Source: Camelus ferus (Eukaryota). From it: 64,000 bases of DNA. The notes beneath the pieces were generated by a model. The model did no database searches, had not been told where the DNA came from, and saw nothing but the letters and a program-made list of their open reading frames with translations. Both the position numbers and the translations under genes were made by a program. The stretch lies in assembly GCF_009834535.1 (NCBI RefSeq), contig NC_045697.1, positions 20,896,001 to 20,960,000 of the forward strand. Reading direction: 5' to 3'. This document shows, piece after piece, positions 40,980 through 54,087 of this stretch. Every line of letters begins with the position of its first letter. Position 1 is the stretch's first letter.

Positions 40980-41490
40980 AATGTCCTGAGTGTCCCCCTT
41001 TGCGTGACTATAATTCAGGCAGATTTCTTCCTGACTGTGTCCTGCCTCCTTTTTCTTAGTGCATTTACTTTACAAACTTGAGGGTAATTCCCTCTCTCTC
41101 CTTGGAGAGACTCCTTTTAAAGACCTCTTCCCAGTTTTACAGCCCAGGAATATCTTCCTCAAGGATCTGAGATAGATCTCTGTGAAATGTAAACATTAAG
41201 GGAGGTGGTCCCTCACCTTTCAGTTTATGTTGGAATGTAGGACCCTAACTTTGGCGGTCACCTTGCTCCAAGTTGTACAACAGACTACCTCCTGTCACAG
41301 AGAAAACTTACTTTTTCTGTGCATGATGCTAATTAGCAAATACAGACATTCGGTGCTTCTGCTCATCTCAGCAACTTAAAAATCCTCCCAGTCTTTGTTT
41401 CAGCTGAGTTCAGCTTGAGATCTGTTCTCTCTCCTAAATGGTAATATTCTGTTTAACTAATATTCTGTTAACTTAAATTTTTGCTTTGGC
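40980..41490 (+). mobile_element. ERV1 MER4-group LTR (MER67-like)
   Basis: tttttcttagtgcatttacttta...cccaggaatatcttcctcaaggatctg...gaaatgtaaacattaag...aattagcaaatacaga. Confidence 0.7.
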
Positions 41491-41716
41491 CATAATATCT
41501 CTGGATCCTCCAAAATGCATTATCCTTGTGCCAGAGCTTCCTTGCAAGGATAAGATAACTGCCTCCTACAACTTCCTAACTCAGTCAACTGGGCTCTGAA
41601 GCAACTCTCCTTGGACCACAGACTTCTCCAGGGATGGCAGCACCATCAGATTCTGGACACTGCCCTTTGCTAAGATCTTACCAAATCCTTCTGAAAACAT
41701 GATTTCTCAAGTCTGG

Positions 41717-41723
<7 letters not shown>

Positions 41724-41757
<34 letters not shown>
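41724..41757. repeat. T34 homopolymer
   Basis: Directly visible. Confidence 0.9.
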
Positions 41758-41760
<3 letters not shown>

Positions 41761-44700
41761 TGTTAGGAGCTGAAAAGACCTAGAGCTGTAAAGAGGTAGG
41801 ACTTAGAGAGAACAGATAACACGTAGTTTGCACTAATCTTTGTCACTTCACTTTGAAACTTCCCACCTCCATCAGAAAATTGAAATGTAGATGGGCCAAG
41901 AAGATGTACTGCCGGAATAAGTAGCACACCTGGGCCCCAACTTGGCTAGCAAAAATGTTCTATATCACTCATGTCTCTGTGGTGAAGTAAATAACCCACA
42001 AAGTGAGTTCCGATTGTTTAGAAATACTTTTCTGAGTTCCCGTGCCTGTTCTTCCTGACTTAGAAAATCAGATGTTCTGTACTTTAAGATTAAATATGGA
42101 GATGATCTAAAAACATTAATTTTTATTAAAATCATGAACTTGCTGGGCTGGAATTGGGGGTTTCACTTACTGTTGTCTTTTCTTAAGCTAACTTCTTATG
42201 GGTGAAAATCCAGTTGAAATCCAGAGGAAACACAGGTTTCTAACAAACATAGCCTCTTACATTAGCATTACACAAACTTCTGTTCTGTGCATCTTAATTC
42301 ACAATCCTTATTCAAAACATGACTTTTGTTATTATGACTGGTACTCACTGTATTGGTGGTGCTTACAAATGGTGAATAGGCTTTTAAAAGTGTTTTCCCT
42401 ATTACCCAAATTTCAAATGAAAACAATAGCAAAAAATGGTTTCAAGAATAAAATGACACAATCATCTATTGAGACATAGGCCTATTAAGGAAGCCACTTT
42501 TGAAAATGCTAAAATATGTCCAAACCTGTTCTTGATTTCAGATATTTTGACCTGTAATTTAGAGCTCCCTTTTTCCCCTCTATATTTCATGAACACTTAT
42601 TCTAAAAGCTAAAGACACTTATTGCACATTACTGCATACACTTGAAAATAAAACTATCTCAAATAAATCAAATTTGTTACAGTAGAACTCTATGTAATTT
42701 AAATATACTATCGCTGGACATTTGTCATATATATGTATATATATATATCATATAAAATGCATCTGATACATATAACATGCATATAACATTTACAGGCAAT
42801 CTTTGTATCTATGCATTTTTCTCTGTATAATAGATACATTTGCTCTTTCTAACATGTTAAAAAAAATCCATTAAAAGTCAGTTCTTTAATCCAAGTTTTT
42901 TTTTTATTATTATTCTGCATCAATTCTGCATCTTTGAGTTTTGCTGTAAGGTTTTCTTTTTCACAAATGAGCCTCATCCATAATGTACTTAACTGCTCTA
43001 GTTTTTATTAAAACCTGCCTCGCATTGCTTTGTTGGATATGACAGTGATAAGTACTAAGGAAGTTACTGAAGGAGCAATATTACAATTTGAGTTTAAAAT
43101 GAAAAACACATTTTGGTGTAATGTTATGCTAAGATAACTAGATATTTGGGTACAAGGATATTAATCTAACCTGAATTATTTTTCTCTCACTCCAACTTCA
43201 CCTTTTAGAATTGCTGAAATCAACTTTATAAGCAGCAGAGAAACCAGACACTGTCCTATAATTTGGAAAAAAGAAAGAAAGAAAACAGAGTTTCAGTCAA
43301 TGCTTGAACCCCATTAGCTTATTCACTCATCATTATTTTACATTTGTCTCAGCCATGTCTTTGTAAATCATTATGTACTAAGACTCAAGGCAGTAAGAGT
43401 AATTCTTCCTATGACCTATTTCACTCCATAGTTTCAGTTAAGTCAATAAACTTTTTAGACAATAATCTAAAAGTTTAGATAAAAACGTAGTAAGGGAATG
43501 AAACTATTTTCTGTTTCCAATTCAAAAGAGTCCTAAGTAAGCAGGAAAAAAATTGTGTGTGTTCTATTTTTGATTATGCAACTACATTTATTATTTATAC
43601 TAGAGACAATCTAGTACTAGAAAAAAAAACTGAGACTAAGGAAAACCATGAGTAGAATATTTTGCCTCCTGGATTTCCTCTATATAATTGTGTCCTTCTG
43701 GAAGTCACGCCCACTCACTTAACACTGTTAAATTCACTGGTTCTGTGTTAATCACATCCTCACAACACTCAGTACTAATTTTCTCATTTTATAGTTAAGA
43801 AAACTAAAGCTGAGAGAGGAAGTCTCAGGATTTCTAACTTAAAACTTTGCCCTAGGAGAACTCTCTATATGTCATTATATACTTACTGAGTAGATAAATA
43901 TGTATTAGGAAATTAACTTAGAAAATTTTGAAGACTTACCTCAGGAATACTGGAATTTATTTTCCACCTTTAGTTAAATGATTATAACAGGGTTAAAATT
44001 TCTAATCTCATGATTCTGTAGAGAAGGCCAGTGTTCTTTTATGTATTTATTTTGGAAGTGTAATATGTGTCACAATGTGATATTTTAATGGTAATTAGAT
44101 AATAATATAAATCTATGTAAACCCCAGAAATAGAAACTGGCTAATGGAGTACATGAATGCATAGAATACACACACAAAATTAACTTGTAGATGTTGATTT
44201 CCTCTGTGGACAGAATTTGATTATACAAAATAATATAATGTTAAGTCTATCATATTCCTACAAAGCCCAGAACTGTGACCTAGAGTCATAGATACTTACA
44301 AAAGAAGAGCTTTTAAATTGCAGAATTGTTTGTTTCAGAGTCCCTGCATTTTAGACAGTGGGAGAGCTCGTAAGAACATATCAAAGGTGGTTTATCTTTC
44401 ACAGAATTACAGCTCATTTGATTAGTTTGTTTTTCAATCAAAAAAAATTGTATTTGGAAAAAGAATAAGGTTTGAGATTTGACAAGTTATTAGACCTGTA
44501 TTAGTGCTAATATAAAATATGAGCAGACAATGATGAAATAAACTGTTTAAGATATATACAATTGTATATATATATCCAATAATCTTATAGTATTTAATCC
44601 ACATTCAAGTAAACTTACATACTGCAATATCTTAATGTAAAAATAGGTCCTATGACATTTTAAAATAAATTATGGTGATAATGGTGAACTTACATAATGG

Positions 44701-45480
44701 AATTATTTTAATATGTCTCTTTCAGGCTTAAGATGGCTAGCAATATGATATATATTTTCATCAATACTTGACTTTTAAGAACCTCTTAAATTAACTTGTA
44801 TAAATGTGTTGATACTTGAAGAAAGTTGAATTCATTAAAAAGGAACTTATGAAGAATAAATGGATTGATTTTAATCAATTAGAACATTTTCAAGTAGGGA
44901 AATTATTAATCTTTAATATTCAATTGTATAAAAAGCCCTGGAAAAATTAGTCTGTGTTTGCACTTAATAATGGAAAATTTAATGACATAAGCTATTTAAG
45001 TAGATATAAATTTTAAAATAAACCACATTTTATCAAAATTTAAAAGAGCAGAAATCAGTAAGACTAAAGAATACTTTTTTGAGAAGTAGGAGTTAATATA
45101 TATTTTGTTTAGACGAGTTTGCATGTTTACATTAATTTCACCAATTATTTTATTACATCTCATCATATTCACTTATTCAGTAAATCCGCTGACCACCTAC
45201 AATGTGTCAGGAACTCTTCTCAAATTTTGGCATACAGTGCTAATTTGGGCACAAATGCAGATCTGTCTCTCCTCTCCAAAGCCTACGTTTTAATTGTACC
45301 CAGAAAATAGCAAGTCCTAATACGAAAATGAAGCAAATGAGGAGACAGTAGAGAGTGGCAAGGGAGTATTTCAGACTTGGGTATAAGGGAGTTCTTCTCA
45401 GCCTATGTTTCAATTGAGGTTAAAGGAAAAGAAAGCGCTAGCATTTTGTAGTTAGAGGTAAAGCATTCCAAGCAGCAGTT

Positions 45481-46275
45481 ACGTCCTCTTTCCAAATTGC
45501 ATGCTTTTTTTCTCATGTTGCACTGGCTAGAACTTCTTAAATGATACTGAGTAAAAGCAGTGAGAGCAGATATCTTTGTCTTGTTTCTACTGTTAAGGGA
45601 AAAGCTTTCAGTCTTTCACAAAGTTAGCTATAAGGTTTTTTTTTTTAAGGTGTCCTAAATCAGCCTAAGTTTTAAAAAAATTTTTTACTTTGCATTCCTG
45701 AGATAAAGTCACCTTGTTCAAGATGTATTATCTTTTAATATATGTATTATTGGATTCAATTTGCTAAAAACTTTAGCAATATTTGTATTGTTTGTCATGA
45801 ATATTGGACTGTGGTTTTCCTGTCTTGTAATGACTTTGCTTTTAGGTTAATGCTGGACTTATAGAACTAGTTGGAAAGTATCTTTTCATATTGAATTTCT
45901 TTGAAGTGTTCATATGTAATTTATATTATATCTTCTTTAAATACTTGGTAGAATTCACCAGTGAAGATATCTGGGCCTGGAAATTTCTTGAGTGAGCTTT
46001 AGCAGCTTACATCTTACTAAGCAATTTTTTCATGTCATCCAAATGTTTATTTATTGACATAAAATTGTACATAATATTTCCTTGTTTTCCCCTTACTACA
46101 TGTATCTGTAAAGCTTATCCCTCTCTTATTTCTAATATTAATATTTTATTTCTTCTCTCTTCTCTGCTCATTAATGTCTATAGAGAATCACCCATTTTAC
46201 TGATCTTCTCATTGAAACTTGTTTTCATTGCCTCAATTTTTAAAAAAATTTTCCATTTCATTGATATTTTCCTCT
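45481..46275 (-). mobile_element. L1M ORF2 fragment
   Basis: ttgcactggctagaactt...aagggaaaagctttcagtctttcac...ttggtagaattcaccagtgaagatatctgggcctgg. Confidence 0.85.
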
Positions 46276-46279
46276 GAAA

Positions 46280-49200
46280 ATAGGTCAGTTTCACGGTGCT
46301 TTGTACTGCTTTGTCAATATACTTTATTGAAAATAGTGAGCCCCATGATTTTTTAACTGTTTTCAGTGAGACCCAAAGAATCCTCTGCCACAGGGACTTG
46401 TCCTACATAGGAATATGCCTTTGCAACCAGGTTATAAAAGGTCACAGAGTAGACACTATCTTGGACTCTCTGGATCTGAGAACTTATATTCACACATCGG
46501 TGATTGCTGACCAGAGAGAGAAAGCATATTTGATATAGTCCTTGAAGGTTATACCCATTCTCTCCAAACTACTTGCTGTAAGGCAACTTTCATCTGTGAC
46601 GTACATCTTTATTTTAAGATTATGATTGATACTACAGATAAATGTGCCCCATCAGCTGTTTGGACTGAATCAAAATTCAGATGTTGAAGTTCCAAGCCCT
46701 AGTACCTCAGAATTTGACTATATTTGGAGATAGGGTCTTTGAAGAGATAATTAAGGTTATATGAGGTCATATGGGTAAATCCCATGGAATATGACTGATA
46801 TTCTTATAAAAAGGTAAAAACTGGACACAGAAAAGAGGCACCAGGGATGTGTGCACAAAGAGGAAAGACCACGTGGGGACACAGCAAGCAGGTGGCCATC
46901 TGCAAACCTCAGAGAGGGGACTTAGAAGAAACTAAACCTGCAGACACCTTGATCATGATTTCTAGCTTCCACAAGGTGAGAAATAAATTACTATTGTTTA
47001 AGCAGTCTAATATGTTATTGTGATAACCCTGGCAAACAAGTATACCATCATGGGTACCATTTGTGATTTAGCTGTCAGGACTTCGGGAGGATATAACAAA
47101 GACAATTATAGATCTGTCATCTCATCTTGCCCATATATGACTTCACAATAAGTAGACTGTGGCTTTACAAAAAGAAATAAAAATGATAAAATGGTTAATA
47201 ATTCAGGTTATTACATTTGAAAGGCCTTAGTTGGTTTATGAAAAATGGTATGAAAAAGAAGAAAATTGTGGATGTACCAACCCAAACTTTGATGGTGTTT
47301 TATAGAAAGCTAGGGGAGCCCACAACTATGTCTCCTTAAACTTCTATGAATGTGAGAATTACAAGGAAGATACGCTTAATTTATCTCACTTTAAATGAAT
47401 TTTATAAAGAGAAAAGTTCTGATAACCCTCCAGCATAACCAAAATATCTACGTTTAGTATTAAAGTGACAACGGTGGAAGATGATTAATTAATAAGGCCA
47501 GGGTTTCTTGACACAACTCTTGTTGTGGAACTCAAGTCTTTTACAGACATATGGGTGAAATGGCCTGGCATTGGAGAAAAATTCCTTTTATAGTCTACTT
47601 GATCCAGAGATATATAGTACAGCACTTCCTAATAAACTAATAAGCTGCTAATACACACCTTAGGTATCATAAGATTATTTTAGTAGGTTGTAGGAATGAA
47701 TGCTAAGTTGGAAATGAAAGAAATCTGCTTAAAATTTGCAATGCATGATAAAAAAATGTTTGCAGTTTGGTGACATCTCCCTTATTTGAATGTTGGCTGA
47801 AAGTTCCTCTTTTTTAAAGAAAATAAAGAATGAGCTGTATAACAGCCAACCTAATAAACATGCTTCTGGGAGGGGTTTACAACCTCAAAATGAATAAACA
47901 GATGGGAGCTCTGACTCTGACAATATGTAAAAATATTAATTTAACTATGTCTTTTGGTTCCTATTTCACAGAATATCAAGAACCTGTGTCAGGAAGATTT
48001 ACCCAGTCAAATCCAGAGAACACTGACAAATTGTAATATGAATGAACGTTGTGTGGCCATGAATTATGATGATGAAGGTATACAAAGGGTACTAGGATAC
48101 AGTGGTAGAAGGATGCCTGCTGCATGACCCACTGTCATGACATTATGTATAAAATTAACTATTGGGCAGAGCACTGGAAAGAGTTGAAGAAGCAATTGGT
48201 ACATTTGAATCACTGACACAGGATATAACTTGGTGGTCTTACAATCTTGAGGATAAAAGGCAAGAAATTTCATGTGAGTGGTTATGGGAAATAGTACTAT
48301 GTTATACTGAAACCAAAGTCAGTTTGGGAGTGACTACTACTCATTATCTATATTTTCTGATCTCTGGGGTCTCAGAAATGTGGAGTTCCATTTTAGTTCT
48401 TGATTTCAATACAGAAGATGTTAGTACCCAGTGACAGCAATAGGTCTAGTGGATCAAAAAATTTGGCCCATTTGACATGACAGTTTTAGCTGAATTTGGA
48501 CTGGAGATGGGAGTATTGGCTAGTTAAAATTCTCTTTTAATGAGAAAGCATATACCAAAATATAAAGATATTCTGACACTCATAGGACATCTCGAAAGCA
48601 AGCATTCTATTCTATATGGACAAAGATGGCAAGCCGCTTGGAAAGACAAAATGGTCCAAATAAACTGGGCTTTGCAATTTGACCATACATTAAAATAATA
48701 AACCCAGAGGTGGAAGCAAGCCCATACACCGAAATGACCTGGAATAACAGATATGGTGATTCTAAAAGAATCTGAAATATTCTAGACAAAATGTCTGGTG
48801 ATTCTAAAAGAAATCTAAGGTATGTACTTACAGAAGATTTATGAGACAGCTAGTTTGTGGAGATTTTTAAGTGGAAAATATTATCTATTGAGAGTCTCTT
48901 GAACAATTTTAGTGCCACAGCTGAAGGCCAACCACTCTTTACTCATGAGAAACAACTGGATATTTTAAGACAAATCTTAAAAAAAAAAAAAAAAAAAGAA
49001 TAGAATACTTCCTATGGGAAATAGAAGCTCCCTGGCATGAGATCCTTCTTACTGGAAACAAATATGTGTTAAATTATGTAATGTTAGAAAAGGAATTTTG
49101 TTGTGTGTTCAAGACTTTGGAATTCTTATATAGCAGTCATGACGTCTAAACTATATTCCTATGAGAAATTTTGTATTGTAGATTTGGTTGGATGGGACAA

Positions 49201-49716
49201 AATAAAAGTACTGTAATTATGTCAAGTTTATATTTTGATAATTACTGGAATATTACATAGCAGTATTATATAGGCAAATATAGGAATCACAAGTAAAATT
49301 AATAATAGAAAAGTCAGAAAAATCTTATTGTAATACTAGTGATGATCAAATGTATTGGAAGATTGAATCAAAACCCTCTGAAGATATTACATGGGGAATT
49401 GATCTGAAACAGATTTAAATGTGATTAATATTAGCTTGATTATGGTTCTTAATTATACAGCAAATGCATACCTAAAAGTAGATAAAACTTTAGATTTGGG
49501 AAGAAAAAATTTATAAAGTTATTATAAAAGCAAATTTCATAAAGTTTGTGTTGGTATTATTGATGCTTAGCTGTCTGTTTAACTTCATATCATTAGTTAT
49601 TTCAAAATTTTTTATCTATATATGCATTTTGATTATATAATTGATTGCATGATGCTGTAAGAGCAATTGTTTTATCATAAAAAAAAGCCTTTGTCCATAG
49701 GTCAGTGGGGGTGAAC
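46280..49716 (+). mobile_element. Decayed class III (ERV-L-like) proviral internal region
   Basis: Manual translation: gag-like WFMKNGMKKKKIVDVPTQTLMVFYRKL (47232-47312); protease-like KSFTDIWVKWPG / FYSLLDPEIYSTALP (47534-47630, frameshifted) and VTSPLFEC (47770-47793); RT-connection/RNase H-like QRVLGYSGRRMP, YWA, IWTGDGS (~48080-48515); PPT gggggtgaac ending 49716. Confidence 0.65.
46654..47044 (+). mobile_element. MLT1A-like MaLR solo LTR nested in the ERV internal region
   Basis: tggactgaat...tatttggagatagggtctttgaagag...ggtggccatctgcaa; perfect 5-bp TSD CCATC (46649-46653, 47045-47049). Confidence 0.9.
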
Positions 49717-50281
49717 TATGATGTTAGAATTTATTCCAGCAGATCTGGGATTAGCATGAGGTATTTTGCAGAAGTAGAGATGTACCTGCCTGAGACCAAC
49801 CTCTGATCATGCGCAAAGGTACTGATTGACAGTCCACTGGATCTGGAACAAGTTTGGGTGCATTTTGTGCCACCTAGTCAATACTATTGGTGACAGCAAA
49901 TTAATGCTTTGCACCTGGTTTAAATGAAAATCTTACGGGTTTCTGCCATTGGGGATGATCATGTAGCAGTAATGTGTCTACATGACCATCAGGATGTATG
50001 AAACCCAGCCAAGCCTCTGTGCTGAGCTCTCTGGTTCTGAGGTGTTCTGGTTCCTGTGTCAGTGGTTCCAAGTCTAAGAGAAAAATGAGTCTGGTACAGT
50101 TCTGCAAATGGAGGACAAGTGAAGTTTGTGCTCCATATCTCCAGATTGCCCACTGTAAGGCAGCCATTGGCAACAAGGCATGTTTAACTTTATTGTTTTT
50201 TGTTATGTTGTATTATTGTCCTGAACTAAATTGTAGTTTTATAAGACAGTCCATTCTAGGTCTTGTTTTTCTTCTTTAACA
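49717..50281 (+). mobile_element. Probable 3' LTR of the ERV-L-like element
   Basis: Starts tatgatgtt (decayed TGTGATG) directly after the PPT; GC content rises; 3' end inferred at ...ttaaca. Confidence 0.5.
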
Positions 50282-50557
50282 AGCCAACTCTGTTTGTCTC
50301 CCACTGTTAGTGCAGTTGACTTATTAGTTCTAAATCTTTCTCACTTTTTTAAAAAAACTAATTTGGTGATGCTTTAGGGTTTAGAGTATACACATATAAC
50401 ATATCACAGTCTACTGTAAGTGGTATCATATCACTTCATGAATAATAGAACATTATTAAAGTATAGTTTCATTGTCTCATTTTCAGCATTGATGCTATTA
50501 TTCTCATATACTTATAATACTTATATGTCATAAACTCCATAATATAATTTTATTATA

Positions 50558-50789
50558 CAGTTGACCTTTGAACAACATAGGTTTAAACTGTGTGCGTCTA
50601 CTTATATGTGGATTTTTTCATAGTAAATAGTATAACACTATATGATCTGTGGTTTTTTGAATTCACAGGTGCTGAACCATGGATATGGAGGAATCATGGC
50701 CATAGAGGGCTGACTGTAAGTTATAGGTGGATTTTCAACTGCATGGAAGGTGGGTGCCCCCGACCTCTGGATTGTTCAACGGTCAGCTG
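50558..50789. mobile_element. MER8/Tigger2-derived MITE
   Basis: Terminal inverted repeats cagttgacctttgaacaa...ttgttcaacggtcagctg with TA on both sides. Confidence 0.9.
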
Positions 50790-51634
50790 TATTTGCTTCA
50801 AAGTTTCAATTATCAGCTTAAAATACTTTAAAATATGAAAAATAAGTGTAATGTTTATATATATTGTTACCTTTTTTGGTGTTCTTCATTGCTTTGCAAA
50901 ATACAGATTTTTATGTTATTACTTTCCTCCTATGTGAAAGGAATTCCTCCAACTTGTACTTTCAAGTTCTTTATACTTTTCAAGATCAATGTCTTCTGAC
51001 ATGCATTTTACCTAATGAAAAGTCTGTTGTCCTAATCTTTATTGTTCTGAATATGTCTTTTTTCTGTGGTTGCTTTAAAAATGCCTCTTTTTTACTGGTT
51101 TAAGCCATTTCTTTATATCACTTTCATGTAGTTTTCTTTTTGTTTCCTATGCTTGGAGTTTTCTGATTCTTGGATCTGTGGGTTTATATTTTTAAGAAAG
51201 CTTAGAAAAGTTTGAGTCAATACCTTTCTTTTTTTTGTTTTTGTTTTTGTCACACTCTCACTCCTCTACTTTGGAGATTCAAATTACACATGTATCAGGT
51301 CGCTTGAACTTAGATTACTTCTCTAATGCTCAGATATTCTATTATTTTTTTAATTATTGAATTTTATTTATTTTATTAAAGTATTTTTTCTCTTTGCATT
51401 TCATTTAGAGATTACTATTGGTGTGTCATTTGATTCATTAATCTTCTTTTCTGCAATTTGTTGTCTGCTACTGATACTATCCAATTAATTTTTTATTTCA
51501 GATACTGTGTTGATTATTTTATTTCTAGAAACTCAATTTGGGCTTCTTTTATACCTTCTATGTCTCTACTTCATATTTTCAGTCTTTCCTCTAGCTTTTA
51601 GAACATTTAGGATGTAGTTATGATGATTGTTTTT

Positions 51635-51792
51635 GTATGTTTAGTTTGCTTTTGGGGGTAATTAAGTTCACTTATATATGTATTTATTTATTTTTCATTA
51701 ATTTAATTTTTTTAACAGAGGTACTGTGGATTGAATCCAGGAACTCTAGAGTGCTAAACATGCAGTTTACCACTGTACTATACCTTCCTCCC
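51635..51792 (-). mobile_element. Second Vic-1-like tRNA-derived SINE (more diverged)
   Basis: gaggtactgtggattgaatccagg...tgctaaacatgcagtttaccactgtactatacc; homologous to 3297-3458. Confidence 0.8.
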
Positions 51793-52289
51793 AATTATTT
51801 TTATATACTTTTCTACTCTTTCTAATATCTGTGCTAGTTCTGCATCATTTTTGATTAATTGTTTTTCTCTTTATTTCGGGCTGTATTTTCCTGCTTCTTG
51901 ACATGTATAATAATTATTGATTGGATATCAGAAATTATGAATTTTATCTATTGAACACTTTATATTTTATACTCCTATAAATACCATTGTTTGTTCTGGA
52001 TTGCAGTTAATTTACTTGGAAGCAGTTTGGTCCTTCTAAGACTATGTTCTGAGCTTTGTTAGTGGAACCAGAGAAGCTTTGGTTTAGAACAAATTATACC
52101 CCCTAAAAAGACAAGACCTTCCTGATTATCCAATGCCTCATTAATTGTGATTTTTTTCACTGTTTATGCTGAGGACATGAATTACTCCCCACTGTTGGGT
52201 TGGTTCTACCTATTCCTTTTTGATGATTGTTTCCATGAGCTTTGTGTAGCTTTCTCATACGCATGAAATGATCAGTACTCTGAAGATAA

Positions 52290-53427
52290 CATAGGAGAAA
52301 ATGTAAATCATATCAGAGTATGGTGATGATTTTTTAGATACAACACACATAAAAAAGATCCACGAAAACAGTAAATTATGAGGTAAATTTCATTAAATTA
52401 TAAATTTATGCTCTGTGAAAGACAATGTCAAGAGAATAAGAAGACAAGCTTTAAACTGGGAGGAAGTATCCTGGGAGAATCACACCCCAGTCTGGGATCT
52501 CCCACTTCACAGACTGGGAGAGCACATCATATTTGATCAGAGAAATGCAAATTAAAACAATGAGATACAGCTATAAACCTATTAGAGTGACCAAAATCCA
52601 AAACACTGGCAACACCAAATGATGGCTATGTTGTGGAATAACAGGAACTCTCATACTTTGCTGGTGGTGATGCAAAATGGTACAGCCAATATGGAAGACA
52701 CTTTGGTTGTTTCTTACAAAACTAAACACACCTTTACTATATGACTCTACAAGCAAGCCCCTTGGTATTTGCACAAATGATTTGAAAACTTATGTTTATA
52801 TCCCTGCACATGGATGTTTATAGCAGCATTATTCATAATTGCCAAAAATTTGAAGCAACCAACATGTCCTTCAGTTGGTGATTAAGTATGGTACATCCAG
52901 ACAATGTAATATTATTCAGTGGTACAAGGAAATGAGCTACTAAGCCATGAAAAAACATGGAGGATCCCTAACTACATATTACTAAATTAAAGAAACCAAT
53001 TTGAGAAGACTACTGTATGATTCCAACTATATGACATTCTGGAAATGGTTCCACTATGGAAACAATAAAAAGACCAGTGGTTGCTGGACTAGAGATTATG
53101 AATAGGCAGAACACAGAGTACTTTTAGAAAGTGAAAATACTATGCCTGATATTATAATGATTGATACATGTCATAAGGCATTTGTTCAGACCCATTGAAT
53201 GTGCAGCACCAAGAGTGAATCCTTAAGTAAACTATAGGTTTAGGATGATTATGATGTGTAAATGTAGGTTCATCCCTGGTAAAAATGTACAATTTTGGGT
53301 GAGTAATGTTGATGATCAGGGAGGCTATGCATGTATGAAGGTGAGGGTATATAGGAAATCTGTGTACCTTTCTCTGAATTTTATTGTAAACTTAAAATGA
53401 TGTTAAAAATTCAAGTCAAAAAAAAAG
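52290..53427 (+). mobile_element. L1MC1-like 3' end with internal deletion
   Basis: caccaagagtgaatcc...taaactatagg...gggaggctatgcatgt...ggaaatctgtgtacctt; A tail ~53418-53427. Confidence 0.85.
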
Positions 53428-53865
53428 CAGTCAGTATCTGGAAATTCAAAATAATATACTGGCCAATTTATTTTGCTACAACCATTTTTTATTCCTTTGT
53501 TCCAACTTTAAAATAAATAGTAAATCTGCTCAAGGAAGTGAAAGACTTATACACAGAGAACTACAAAACATTGACTAAGGAAATTAAAGATGACTTAAAT
53601 AAATTGAAAGATATACTATGACCTTGGATTGGAAGAATTAATATTGTTAAAATGGCCACACTTCCCAAAATAATCTACAGATTTAATGTGATCCCTATCA
53701 AATTACCCAGGGCATTTTTCACAGGACTAGAAGAAGTAATCCTAAAATTTATATGAAATCACAAAGACTCAGAATTGCCAAAACAATGCTGAAGAAAAAG
53801 AAGGAAGCTGGAGGAATAACCCTTCCAGACTTCAGATCATACTACAGAGCCACAGTAATCAAACA

Positions 53866-54087
53866 AACAAAAAAAAATACTATAGAGCTAGAGTAAACAG
53901 ATAAAAAAATGATTAAAAAACTCAATTGTCTTCTGTATAGCACAGAGAACTATATTTAATATCTTGAAATAAACTGTAATGAAAAAGAATATGAAAATGA
54001 ATATATGTATGTATATGCATGACTGGGACATTTTGCTGTACACCAGAAACTGACACATTGTACTTGACTATACTTCAATAAAAAAAA
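53866..54087 (+). mobile_element. Short L1 3'-end copy nested in L1 ORF2
   Basis: ctgtatagcacagagaactatatt...gctgtacaccagaaactgacaca...polyA interrupts gtaatcaaaca|gcatggtattgg. Confidence 0.85.

Larger units (their letters stand above)
50310..52290 (-). mobile_element. Old L1M (ORF1/5' region) fragment carrying MER8-like and SINE insertions
   Basis: tgcttggagttttctgattcttggatctgtgggttta...aattacacatgtatcaggtcgcttga...gttctggattgcagttaatttacttggaagcagtttggtcctt. Confidence 0.75.

Noticed and set aside
40817..41757. A25 and T34 as inverted termini of one element
   Set aside because: No further inverted similarity or TSD; independent homopolymers are more likely.
49901..50279. Overlapping 91- and 93-aa ORFs
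   Set aside because: They lie within the inferred 3' LTR and have no recognisable domain.
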